From Scenedesmus sp. PABB004 (Eukaryota), in the NCBI GenBank assembly GCA_014905635.1, contig CM026548.1, positions 744,001 to 808,000 of the forward strand: a DNA stretch of 64,000 bases, in the 5' to 3' direction. Below are positions 24,201 through 36,102 of this stretch, piece by piece; the first letter of the stretch is position 1; the number at the start of each line of letters is the position of its first letter. The notes beneath the pieces were generated by a model. It was not told where the DNA came from, did no database searches, and saw only the letters and a list, made by a program, of their open reading frames with translations. The translations under genes were made by a program, and so were the position numbers.

Positions 24201-27200
24201 GGCGGCGCGCTGCTGCCGGCGCGGTACCGGCGGCTCGTGATCCGCCCCCAGGCGGGCGTGCGGTTCGAGGAGTTTGACTTCAGTTACTACAACAAGACGC
24301 GCTTCGCGGGCCTCGAGAACGACCTCCCCAACTGCTACTGCAACGCGCTGCTGCAGGCGCGCGGGCCTGCTCGCCGGCGGCGCGGCGCGGCGGGGCCTGC
24401 GGGGCCTCAACCCTGCGGCAACGCGTCAGTCACGCGCCGCCGCGTCGCGTGCCGCGCGGCGCCGCCGCCGCTCACGCGCGCGCTGCCCTGTGCTGTGCTG
24501 CCTCGCCCAGGTCCTCTACTTCACGCCGTCGTTCCGCGCCGCGGTGCTGGCGCACGTCCCCGAGCCGGGGTCGGAGTTTTGCCTTGCGTGCGAGCTACTG
24601 TTCCTCTTCAAGATGCTCCTCACCCCCGCGGGCGGCCTGCCCTGCCAGGCGCTCAACCTGCTGCGCGCGCTGAAGCAGAACCGCGAGGCCGCGGCGCTGG
24701 GGCTGCTCGAGGGCACGATCGGCGCGGGCGCGCTGCCCGCGCCGCCGCCGGGCGGCGCAGGCGCGGCGGGCGGCGGCGCCGGCGGCGCCGGCGCGGGCGA
24801 GCCCGGCGACGGCGGCGCGCGCGGCCACGAGTGGGGCGCGCGCGCGGGCGCGCTGGCGGCGCAGAGCGTGCTGCCCAAGCGCGTCGTGATGCTCTGCCGC
24901 TTCCTGCTTGACCACCTGTTCAAGTGAGTGAGCCGACGCGGGGCACCAGTGCCGGCGCCGGCGCCGCGCGCCGCTCGCCGCCGCGCGCGGGTGCCCACGC
25001 CCACGCCCCGCCCACGCGCCGCCCACCCGCCGCGCCGCAGGGAGGCCGGCGGCGAGGCGGCCGCGACCGCGCACAGCGACGCCGCCGCGGAGGGCGGCGA
25101 CGGCGCGGGGCTCGACGGCGGGCCGGACGCCGCGGGCGGCGGCGCCGCTGACAAGGAGCAGCAGCAGCTGGAGGCAGCCGGGGAGCAGCCCGAGGCGCCG
25201 TTGGACAAGCACGCGCTGGACAAGGGCGGCCGCGGCGCCCGGGGCGGCCGCGCGCAGGGCAAGAAGGGCGGGCGCGGCAAGGGGGGCAGGGACGGCGGCG
25301 CCGGCGCGGCGCCGCGCGGCCGCGACGGCGGCGCGCAGCCGAGCGCGCTGGCGGGCGTCATCCAGGAGCTCTTCGGGCTGACCTACAGGCGCGGCACCCG
25401 CGGCGCCCTGGGCACACAGCCGCGCTGGCCTGGTGTGCGCCGAGCGCCACGCGCGGGCGAGCGCCGTCGTGACGCCGCGCCGCGCCGCGCTGCAGGTCGG
25501 ACATGGCTGCGCTGTCGGGGCCAAAGAAGGGCTGCAGCAAGTCGCGGCAGCTGAAGACCTTTCAGGTCGATCTGGCTTACCCCGAGGCGGCCAGCAGCAG
25601 CAGCAGCAGCAGCAGCAGAGCGGGCAGGAGCAGCGGCGCCGGCGCCGCGGCGCAGGCGGGCGCCCCGGCGGCGGCGGGCGGCGCGGCGTCGCCGCTGGCG
25701 AGCCCCGTCAAGGCGGGGCGGCCCGGCGACAGCCCCGCCGCGGGCGCCGCGTCGGCGCCGACCAGCCCGCTGCCGGCGGGGGCGTCGCCGGGCCCGGGCG
25801 CGCGCGGCGGCGGCGGCGGCGTGCCGGGGCTGAGCCTCGGCCCCGGCGCGGGCGAGCGCCCGAGCTTCGGCGGCCTGCTGGCCAACAGCCTGCGCGCTGA
25901 GAGCGTGACCAAGGCCTGGTTTGACGAGTCTTGCGGCTACGCGCACGTGCGCCAGAGCCGCGTGCCGCTCGCGCTGCCCAAGGTGCGCCGCGGACGCGGC
26001 GGCCTCGCGCGCGCACGGGGGGCGCGCCGCGCGGCTGACGCACACCCCCTGTGCCCGCGCGCGCCCGCCGCCAGGTGCTGGCCATCAACTGTGCGATGAC
26101 CAGCCCCGCCCAGGCGGCGCTCTGGGAGCCCAGCAGGGCGGGCGCGGGGGCGCCGGAGCCCGCCACGCCGCCCGCACAGCAGCAGCAACAGCAGCGCGCC
26201 AGCGACGCGAGCGGCGGCGGCGGTGGCGACGGCGGCGGCGGCGCGGCCGACGCGGCCGCGGAGCAGCCGTGGCTGCCGTGGGTGCTGCAGGTGCGCTCGG
26301 ACCCCGCGACCGCCCAGGTCGACGTGCTCACGGCAGACTCGGTGGAGGAGCTGCAGGAGTCCTGGGCCGGCGGTGAGCGCGCGCAGCGCGCCGCGGCGCG
26401 GCGGGGCCGCCCCGCGCGCGTGCGCGGGGCCCGGGACCACCACGCGTCGCCGCCGCCGCCACCGCCGTCGCCGCCGACGCCGACGCCGCCGCGCTCGCGC
26501 GCAGTGCCGGCCGCGCCCGTTCAGGCCACGTACGAGCTGACCGCTCTGGTGTGTCACATCGTGGACGAGGACGACGCGGACGCGGCGAGCAACGGCGCCG
26601 GCGGCGTCGGCGGGCTGACCAGCAGCGCGAGCGCGGCGGCGCTCGCGGGGCTGCTGTCGCAGGGCGGCCCCGGCGCGCGCGGCGGCGGCGGAGGCGGCTA
26701 CCAGGTGCGCCCTGCGCCCTGCGCCCTGCGCAGCGCGCGCGGCGCCGTCGGCCTGGTCCCTCGTCCCGGCGCCCCGTGCTCGCTCACGCGCGGCCGCCTC
26801 CCCGCCCGCCCAACCCAATCCGCTCTCTCCCTCCCTCCACGATCGCCAGGGGCACGCGGTCGCGGTGCTGCGCGTGCAGCCGCCGTACCTCGACCCGGCG
26901 CTGCCTGGCGGCCTGCACCGCTTCGGGTCGGCCGTCGGGCACAACCCGCTGCTGCCCGGCGGCTCCGGCATCCCCGGCGCCGGCGCGCAGGGCGGCGGCG
27001 GCGGCGGCGGCGGCGGCGCGGCCGGCGGGTTCAGCCTGCCGGACGACCTCGACGACGTCTTTGCCGAGCTCGCCATCTCCCCGCAGGCGCGCAGCGGCGA
27101 GGCCGCGCCCGGCCTCGGCGGCAGCGACGACGGCAGCGCCGACGGCGGCGGCGACGGCGGCGCCGACGGCGGCGAGTCGGCCGGCGCGGACGACGACGAC

Positions 27201-27235
27201 GACGGCGACAGCCCGGGCGCGGCGGCGGCGGCGGC

Positions 27236-27270
<35 letters not shown>

Positions 27271-29129
27271 GGGTCGTCATCAATGACTTTTCAATCTCGG
27301 CCGTGCCGGCGGCCGAGGTGCGGGCCTGGTACGACGGCCAGAAGCTGCCCTGCCTGCTGTTCTACACCCAGGTGGGGCACAGGGGGCACACAGGGCCGCG
27401 CGGCCGTGCAAGGGGGCACACGGGCGCGCGCGCGGGGCCGCGCCGACGGCGCCGGCCGCCGCAGGTCGCGGAGCTCGAGGCGGCGCGGGAGCTGCCGCCG
27501 CCGCTGCCGCCCGCGCCGGTGGACGCGCAGACGTTTGCCGCGCTGTGCGCGGCGCCGCCGCTCCAGGTGCGCGCGCGCATGCACACGCCTCGTCCCTCGT
27601 CCTCGTCCCCTCGCCCGCCGCCCACGCGCCGCCCACGCGCGTCCCCGCTCGCCCGCAGGGCCCCGGCTGGCGCGGGCGGCGGTCGTTCACGCCGCTGGAG
27701 TTCCCGCGCGAGGCGCCGCGCCCCGGCTTCCTGGTCGCGGTGGACGCCGAGTTTGTGGCCGTCGCGCGCGCGGAGACGAGCCTGCAGGGCGGCGTGGAGG
27801 TGCAGCTTAAGCCCTCGCGGTGCGCGCGCCCCCGGGCCAGGGGAGACAGCGCCCGGGTTGGGGCCCGCCCGCCGCGCCGCGCACGCCCTGCGCGCTCCGC
27901 CCCCACCGCGCCCCCACCCCGCCGCCGCGCCCCCACCGCACGTCTCCGCACCGCCGCCGCGCGCGCGCCAGGCTCGCGCTCGCGCGCGTGAGCGTGCTGC
28001 GCGGCAGCGGGCCGGCCGCTGGGTCGGCGTTCATTGATGACTACGTGGCCTGCGTGGAGCCGGTGGTCGACTACCTCACGCGCTGGAGCGGCATCCGCCC
28101 GGGTAAACCCTCCAGGGTTAAGAAGGTTTAGGGCTTAATGGTTGAGCTTAAAACCTGCGCGCCGCCAGGCCCCTCCGCGCGCGCCAGCCGCCGGCGCCGC
28201 GCGGCGCTCACGTGTCGGTCCGCGGCGCGCGCGCGCGCGCCGCAGGCGACCTCGACCCGTCGACGTCGCCGCACCACGTGGTGAGCCTCAAGACGGCGTA
28301 CCTAAAGCTGCATCACCTGCTCGACGCGGGCGCCGTGTTTGTGGGCCACGGGCTGCGCCAGGACTTCCGGGTACTGAACCTCACCGTCCCGCCGGAGCAG
28401 GCGCGCGGGCGCGGGCGGGGCGCCTGCAGGGATGGGGGGGCACAACGCCCAGGGCAGGGAGAGGGAGGGAGCGGGAGGGAGGGAGGGAGGGGCGGCGCAA
28501 AGGGGAGAGGGACGCACGGGCGCGCGCGGCCGCCAAAGCCTGCCGCCCGGCGCCGCGCCGCGCAGGTGCGCGACACCGTGGAGCTGTTCAGCTTCCGGCG
28601 CCAGCGCAAGCTCAGCCTCCGCTTCCTCGCCTCCTACCTGCTCGGCCTCACCATCCAGCAGGGCGGCGGCGCGGCGGGCGCGGCGGCCGCGGCCGCGGCC
28701 GCCGCGGCGGCCGGCCGCGGCGCGCCCGCGCTCGGCGCCGGCGCCGCCGCGTCGCCGCCCGGCGGCGCGGGCCGGGCGGGCGACGCGGGCGGCGCCGCGC
28801 CGCGGCCTGGCGGCGGGCACGACAGCATCGAGGACGCCGCCACGGCGCTGGCCCTGTATCATGTCTACGTCCAGCTGCAGGCGCGCGGGGCGCGGGGGGC
28901 GGAGCTGCGCGGGCCGGGGCCGTGCAGGGGCGGCCGCGCCGCCGCTGCGCGCGCGCTGCCGCGTCGCGCCGCCGCCGCTGACCCGCCGCGCGGCCAGGCG
29001 GAGGGCCGGCTGGAGGAGAAGCTGCACGAGATGTACGCCTGGGGCAAGGTGCACGGCTGGGAGCCCGTCACGCGCGACGCGAGCGGCGCGCTGCAGCCGC
29101 CGGCGGCGCCCGTGCTGGGCGCGCCGTAG
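21219..29129 (+). CDS. PAN2: PAN2 poly(A)-specific deadenylase subunit (WD40 + pseudo-UCH + DEDDh exonuclease), ~20 introns
   Basis: [133 protein letters not shown]. Stop TAG 29127-29129. Confidence 0.95.
22767..22862. repeat. (GGGA)n tetranucleotide repeat in a PAN2 intron (potential G-quadruplex)
   Basis: About 20 GGGA units with one interruption. Confidence 0.93.
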
Positions 29130-29143
29130 CGCGCGGGGCCGTG

Positions 29144-29148
29144 TGTAA
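29144..29148 (+). terminator. chlorophyte-type poly(A) signal TGTAA for PAN2
   Basis: TGTAA 15 nt after the PAN2 stop. TGTAA is the established major poly(A) signal in Chlamydomonas-like algae. Confidence 0.5.
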
Positions 29149-30217
29149 GCGCTCTCTCGCAGCATGACAATTACCGCGGGCGTGAGCCCCCGCTCCCTTC
29201 CGCGCCACACGCTGTGGCGGCGGCAGCAGGCGGGCCGGCGCACGCCGGCACGCGCTGCACAGTGCCGCCAGCAGGGACCAGCCAGCTGGGAGCGCCGGGC
29301 GCCTGGCGCACGCCAGGGGTCCGTTCTCAACGACTTAGCGCCTCGGGTGCGGCAGTGACCATCGAGCGGGACGGCACAAGCTGGGCGCCGCTCGTTGGCG
29401 TGGTGATGAGCAGTGCCCACTGTCGGAAGATGCAGGTGTGTGGCGGTGCAGGCAATCGCGGTCGTGGGGGGAGATCGCAGGTGTGGGGTGTGCCATGGCA
29501 AGTGCGCGCGCCATGGCGGCGCCCCACGCGCAGCAGCAGCGGCGTCCGAGCGCGCTGTGCTGCGCGACCCACGCGCGGCATTGCCAGCCTCCACAGCCTG
29601 CCAGCACAAGTACGTACACAAGTGTGCCCCGCGGCAAATCGTGTCGGTGGTGTGGTGTGGGCCCACGCTCAAGAGAGCCACGCCCACCCGCAGCAGCCTT
29701 TGCGTTCTCTGTCTGTCTGAGCCGCCCGCCCGCCCCCTCTTCCCCCGCCCTGCCCTTTCAAATGCACGCGCGCCGCGCGCCGCGGCGCCGCCGCGGCGTC
29801 GCGCGCGCGACGCGACGCCAGCGGCGGCGACCGCGGGCGGATGAATGCCCCCGCCACCGCCTCTGCCACCACGTGCGCCGCTGCCCAGGCGCGGCTCCGG
29901 CCAGTGCTCGGCGCGCGCACTGGCCGCCGCCCCACGCACCGACCAGCCAGCCCAGCCGCCACGCAACGAATACATCCTCCAGCCATTCAGGGGTGCGCGC
30001 GCATGGCATGCGGCCGCGCTGCATGCGATAGGCTGCCCCAGGCTGACGCATTCCCAAAAAACTCGCCGCCGTCGTGCCGAGGGCCCAACCCCGCAGTCGC
30101 CGAGCAGCGCACGGCGGCGGCGGGCCACGAGCCCTGGCGCGCACCCCCCCCCTCCCCGCCCACCCCCGGGTGCGTGAGAAAAGCGAGGCAGCGCGCGACG
30201 GCCCGGGGCCGCCGGTG

Positions 30218-32413
30218 TCACATGATCTGGGGCCACAGCCCCGCCGCGACCGCCGGCGAGAGCCGGCACGCGAGCACAAACAGCTGCCCCGCCGCCGCCG
30301 ACGCGGCGGCCATGGCCGCGACGTGCCGCGCGAGCGCCGCCCACTCGGGCAGCATGTCAAAGACCTCTGGCGGATAGATGTACGCGCTGGACGGCTCCTT
30401 GCCGCCGCCGCCGCCGCCGCCGCCGCGGCGCCGCCGCAGCAGCAGCGCGCGCGCGCGTGCGAGCAGCGCCGCCGGCCGCCAGTGCGGCCGCGGGTCGCCG
30501 GCGGTGGCGGCCGCCGCCGCCGCATGCTGCGCAGGCGGCGCCGGCGGCGGCTGCTCGCGCTGCTGCTCCTGCTCCTGCTCCTGCTCCGGCCCTGCTGCCG
30601 CCGCCGCGGCCGCCTGCTCCTGCAGGTGCGCGAGGGGGTCGGTGGCCATCCACTTGGACTTGAGGTGCCGCTCCAGCCGCCAGGCAAAGTACAGGGGCAG
30701 CAGCAGCACCCCAAACACCATCCACGCCGTCGCACCCGCAAGTATGAACCGCCCCGCCAGCGAGTCGACGTCAGGCGCGCGGCGCGGCGGCGCGCTCAGC
30801 GCGCGCAGGCCGGCGTCGCGCCACGCGCCGGCGCCGGCCGGCGCCGGCTGCGGGCAGGTGCGCGCGGCGCCGCCGAGCGGCGCCGCGGCCACGCCGCCGC
30901 TGTCGCCGTCGCCGCAGGGCGGCTGCAGCAGCAGCACCGCGCGCCCGAGCCGCGCTGCGGCCTCCGCGGTGCTCTCCACGCTGAGCTGCAGCAGCAGCAC
31001 GCGTGGCGCGCGCTCGACGAGCGTCTGGAAGGCAAAGGCCACCTGGGCGACGGTGGCCTGGAAGTGAAGGAGAAAGAAGGCGCCGTTGATCAACGCCTGG
31101 CTCGCAAAGCCCAGCGGCAGGCAGAACGCTGCGCGCGGGCGGCGGCGCGGGCGCGCGGGGCGCGGTGGGCCGCTGGCCGCGGTGGGCCGCGGGCCGCGGC
31201 GGCCGTCTCCGCGCGCGCGCTGCTCGCCGCCGCCCGCAGCAAGCCCCCGCCGCCGGCGCCGCACCGTTCCAAAAGCTGATGGTGACGCCGCTCATCAGCC
31301 TGCGGGCGCACGTGGGCGCGGCGGCGCGGCGGCGGCAGCGGGCGGGCGTCGGCGGGCGCAGGGGCACCCCGCCGCGGGCGGGCCGCGCGCGGGCGCCGCC
31401 GCCGCAACGCGCGCAGCTCACATCAGCAGCCGCAGGCAAAACATGACCCGCGCGCCGTCCGCCGCCTGCGCGATGAGCCACTCCTGCGGGGGCGGCCGGT
31501 GCGCGGGCGCGTCACGCGGCCGCGCCGCTCCGCGCGGGCGCGTCCCAGACCGCGCATGCGCGCTTGGCGCGCATGCCTTGAAGCGCGGCCCGCGCCCCAG
31601 CAGCGGCGTGGCGAGGAACTGCCGCAGCACGCGCTCGCCCAGTATGAGCCAGTAGCTGTGCGGCGGCGGCGGTGGCGGTTGCGGTTGCGGTGGTTGGGGC
31701 GGCGGCCGCGACGGCGGCTGCGCGAGGCGCCGCGCCGTGCGGGCGCGCCGATCTGCTCGCCCGCTCCCCTCCCGCCCGCACCGTGCGTGCTTGTGCGCCT
31801 TGGCGCGGCGCGCGTTGGGCAGGAGCAGCAGGCCCATCTGGTAGCCCTTGATGAGCAGCACGGCGCAGTAGACGGTCGACAGCAGGCCGCGCGTCCACAT
31901 GCTCAGCGTGTTCGCGAAGAACATGGGCGCGATGAGGCAGTTGAGCAGGTCCAGCGACTCCAGCTGCGCCGGGTGCGGCGGGTACGGCGGGTGCCGCAGG
32001 CGGCTCGCGCCGCGGCGGCTCCGCGCAGCGCGCGCACTGCTGCTGCCGCCGCCGCGTGCCGCGCCGGGCCGCGCAGGCGCCGGGCAATGCCCTACGCAGC
32101 GCGCGCGGCTGCGCGGCAGCGCCTGGCCGGCCGGCGCGCGGCGCGGCCGCGCACAGCGCCGCGGAGCAGAGCGCGGACAGCCCATCGCGGGCCCCCGCCC
32201 CCGCCCCGCCTGGCCCGCTCGGCGGCCGACGGCGGGCCGTACCTGGCCAAAGTACTCCGTCTCGGCCGGGTCCGGGCGCAGGTGCAACAGGAGCCGGTGC
32301 ATGCGCAGCCGGCCTTCGCTCGCAGCACCAGCGCCGCTGCTGCCGGCCCGGGCCGCTCGCTCCGCCGCGGGCACCGCCGCGAACGGGCCAGGCCCGTCGC
32401 TCTCGGCGCTCAT
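30218..32413 (-). CDS. uncharacterised multi-pass membrane protein (multi-exon)
   Basis: Spliceable exons with hydrophobic segments: LLNCLIAPMFFANTLSMW, TVYCAVLLIKGYQMGLLLL, AFCLPLGFASQALINGAFFLLHF, FILAGATAWMVFGVLLLPLYFAWRLERHLK, QLFVLAC. No family recognised. Confidence 0.65.
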
Positions 32414-32737
32414 CGAGCCAGCAGCCGCAGCTGGCTGGCGAGGGAGGCCATTCGGGGCGCCGCTGCCGCACGGCCTAGAGGAGGCCGCCCCCGGGAGAGC
32501 GCCGGGCGTCGCCGGTCGATCGCAGTGTGAGAGACAAGCGCAGCGCGAGCGGGGGAGGTCAGGTCATCCGTCATGTTTTTAGCCGCTGCCATCAATCAAT
32601 CCGCGCCAGCGCTCGCCCTTCGCCGTGTTTGCCCCACAAGACCAGCGCCGCAGCAGCGCTGAGCCGCGCCGCCGCCGCCAGCGGGGCGGCGCGCCCCCGG
32701 GGCGGCGACGCCCGGCGGCGCCCGAGCGGTGACGGAC

Positions 32738-33926
32738 TCAGCCCACGAACTCGCCCCAGCCGTCCTCGTCGCCCGCGTGCGCCGCGCCGCCACCAGCTGC
32801 GGCCGCCGGCGCCGGCGCCGCGCCCGCCTTTGCAGCGGGCGCCGGCGGCGGCGGCGGCGGCGGCGGTAGCTGCAGCGCGAAGAATCCGCCGCCGGCGCTC
32901 GCGCTGCCGCCGCCGGCAGCGGCGCCAGCAGCTTCGCGCCCAGCCCGGCGCCGCCCTTGCCGCTGGCGCCGCGCTTGAGGCTCTGCGGCAGCGCGGCGGC
33001 GGCGCGGCGGGACGGGCGGGGCCCGCTCGCGGGCGCGGCGAGCCGCGCCGCCGCGGAGCAGCGGCTGCTCCGCGCGGCAGTGGGGGCGACGAGCGGCAGC
33101 GGCCGCGCACCCGTGCAAGGTCAATGTGCAGCGTCTCGCCCGGCTTCAGCGCGAGGTCCGCGAGCGGCGGCGCGGCGCCGCCGCCCTGCTCGCCGCCGCC
33201 GCCCTGCTCGCCCTGCTCGAAGCGCTGTCGCAGCGCGCCGGCCTCGGCCTTGCGGCGCAGAAACTGGCGGTAGTCGTCCAGCGCGGCGGCAAAGTCGCTC
33301 GCCGCGCTGCGCTCCCTGCACGGGCCCGTGCGGCGCGCGGCGCGCGGCGTCGGCGCGGCGTCGGCGCCGCCCCGGCCGCGCCGGCCGCGCTCCGGCCAGC
33401 CGAGCTGTGCGCGGCGCGCGCGCGCGCCTGAAGCCGAGGCCCACAAACGCGTGGTTGCGGCTGCCCCGGTCCTCCACGCGTGTCACAAAGTAGCGCGAGC
33501 TGTCGACGACCGGCTCGACCGCCGTCGTGAGCGGCGCGCCGTCGCACGGCAGCGGCGCCTCGGCAAAGAGCTCGCCTGCGCGCGGCGGGCGCGGCGGCGG
33601 ACGGGGCGGACGCGCTCGGCCGCCGCCCGGCGGCGCCGCGCGGCCGCGGCTCGAGCTGCGCCGAGCGGCGGCGCCGCGCCGCACGGCGGCGGGCGGCGCC
33701 GCGCGCGCGCACCGCTGTCTTTGTCGAGCATGCGCACGAAGCAGCGCTCGCCGGCGGTGACAACCTGCACGCGGACCTCCTTCAGCCACTTGTCGGGGTT
33801 CCAGAGCTCCGCGCGGTGCCCGTAGCTCGTGGCCGGCGGCAGCGGGGCGTACACGTAGCCCTCGGAGGGCGCCGCAAAGGTCACCAGCTCCAACGCGTCG
33901 GGCTCGTCCGCCCCCGGCGCCGCCAT
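32738..33926 (-). CDS. NECAP: adaptin ear-binding coat-associated protein (NECAP; PHear domain)
   Basis: [70 protein letters not shown], and C-terminal WxxF motif DGWGEFVG*. Confidence 0.92.
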
Positions 33927-33983
33927 CGTCGCGGCAGCGGCCGGCAGCGCCTGCCGCTGCGGCCTGTGCTGCGCCTGCCCGCC

Positions 33984-34485
33984 GCTGGCTCTGCCGGTCC
34001 AGTCGAGCTGCTGCTGCCGCGGCTGCTGCCGCTGCCGCCGACGCCGCGCCGCTGGCGACGTCAGGCCGCAAACAGGCGGCGCCACAGGCTGCCTTCAGCT
34101 CTCCGCCAGGCACCCGCGAGCGCGCCCCGGCTGCGGATGCCCGCCTGGGCCGCGCGGGCGCGCTCGGCGGCGCGCCAGCAGCGAGCGCCGCCGGCCGCGC
34201 AAGGGGCTGCGTGTGTCCCGGGGCGGGCCGCGCGGGCTGCCGGGATCAACAGCGATCGCAGGAGCTGCGTGAACGCGTCGAGCGGTGTGCAGCGGCGGAG
34301 AGGGGCGAGCGGGCGCGGCGCTGCTCCGCGGCTGGCGCGCAGCTGGCGGCGGCGGCGCGTGCGGGGTGCGGGGTGGTGGCCGGCGTGTGGGCGGGGTGGC
34401 AACTCTGAGGTGATTCCGCCGCGCAGGCAGCGCAGTCCAATGATCACCGCGGCACCCGGGGTTTGGGGCGCAGCGCACGCGTCAC
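33984..34485. repeat. dispersed ~0.5 kb non-coding element, copy B (directly upstream of the NECAP ATG)
   Basis: Co-linear with 4194-4714; see copy A. Confidence 0.95.
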
Positions 34486-34699
34486 AAGCTCCGTCCTGGG
34501 TGCCCGGCAGGTCGCCGCCAGCGCTCCCCCAGCTGGTGGCCGCAGTCAGTCAAGTGCGCCAGTGTCGCGCGCGCGCGCGCGACATGCCACACACACGCGC
34601 CGCCGATGTTCAGTACTTGGCAGGGTGTCTCTAGCGCCTCCCCGCGTGGCGCGCGCGCGCTGGCTCAAGCAGCGCGCGCGCGCGCCGGCTCGCGCCGCC

Positions 34700-35790
34700 T
34701 CACGCCGCCGCGACCGCGGTCACGCCAGGGATCTGCACGATGAACGTCGGGTCGAGGTCCAGCGCCCGCCCCGCCGCCGCCACGGCGGCCTTGTGCTCCG
34801 CGATGAGCGCGAGGTTGCGCTTGATCGGGTCGGCCTTCTTGAAGCTCGCACCGATGCCGAGCACCTTGACCGCGCCGCCGCCGCCGGCGGCGCCGCTGCT
34901 GCGCATGTAGACCGCGAGGTGCGGGATGCCGCGCACGCCCTCGGCCTTGATCCAGTCCTTGACCGCCGCGTCGTCGAGGCTCGCCTTTGCAAAGACGTAG
35001 TGCGGCGCGTTGCCCGGCTCGGCGGCGATGCGCGTCATCGCGGGGAAGGCTGCCGGGCGGGCGGGGTTTGGGCGGCGGGGTTTAGGGGGGTTCACAGGGC
35101 GCGGGGGTTAAATAAGCGGTGCGGAGAGCGGGGCTGAGCAACAGGGCGCGGGGGTCGACGCCCAGGTGCGGCGGGCGCGGGCGCGGGCGCTGCGTCCGCG
35201 GCCGCCGCTCGCAGCGGCCGGCGCCGCGCGCCGCGCACCGGTCTTGCAGACTGTGCACCAACCTGCGCGGGCGGGCGGGCGGTGCGGCGGGCGAGGCCCG
35301 GGGGTGGCGCGAGGCGGCGGGCGCGGCCGGCGGGCGGCGCGGCGCGGCGCGGCGCAGCGCGGCGTCGCGCTGCCGCCGGCGCCGGCGCGGTCGCGCACTC
35401 GCGTAGTAGTCCACCACCAGCATCTTTCCCTCCGGCAGCGCTGCGACGGCGGCCTGGATCTCGTCGCCGCTCTTGAGCTCCGACCACACCTCCTGCAGGT
35501 GGCGCGCGGCGGCGTCGGCGCGCCGGCCGCCCGCCCCTCGCGCCGCGGGCGCGCCGCGGGCGCCGCCGCAGGCGCGCCGCCGACCGGCGCCCGCCGCTGC
35601 TGCGCCGCCGCCGACCGCCGAGACGCACCGGGTGCTTGGAGTGCCACGGCACGTGGTGGTCCCCGTGCCCGTGCTCGCCGTGCAGCGGCCGGCCGCGCGC
35701 CAGCACCAGTCCGCGCGCGGCGCCGCCGCTGCTCCTGGCGGCGCTGCTCCTGGCGGCGCCGACGCGCGAGCCGCGCATCGCCAGGGCCAT
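34700..35790 (-). CDS. atypical thioredoxin (WCTVC active site) with transit-like N-terminus and a His-rich segment
   Basis: Four exons splice to MALAMRGSRVG..HGEHGHGDHHVPWHSKHP|EVWSELKSGDEI..KMLVVDYYAS|WCTVCKT|AFPAMTRIA..YVFAK..GVRGIPHLAVY (cis-Pro loop). Confidence 0.8.
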
Positions 35791-36102
35791 GCTGCCGCTG
35801 TCAGGCGCGCGGACGCCGCTCAATGCGCGCGCAGGGCGGCGTTCGGGGGTGGCGGGCCGGGCGCAGAGGGCTGTGCTGCCCGGTCGAGCGCCGTGCGGTT
35901 GCTGCGCTGCCGGGGCGATGCGAGAGCCTGGCGTGACGCTCGCGGGCGGGCTGGTGGGCGTTAGAGAGCGCGCAACAGAGACCTGCTGCTGCTGCGCCCC
36001 AGGCTGGCTGCCTCCGCGTGCTGCTCCAGGCGGGCCCGCCACGCCACCAGCGCCGGGCGCCCACCTCCGACACGACCATCCGCCCCGCCCGCGCGCCCGG
36101 CG

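Noticed and set aside
29130..30217. ORFs between PAN2 and the membrane-protein gene
   Set aside because: Low-information translations with no motifs; consistent with convergent 3'UTRs.
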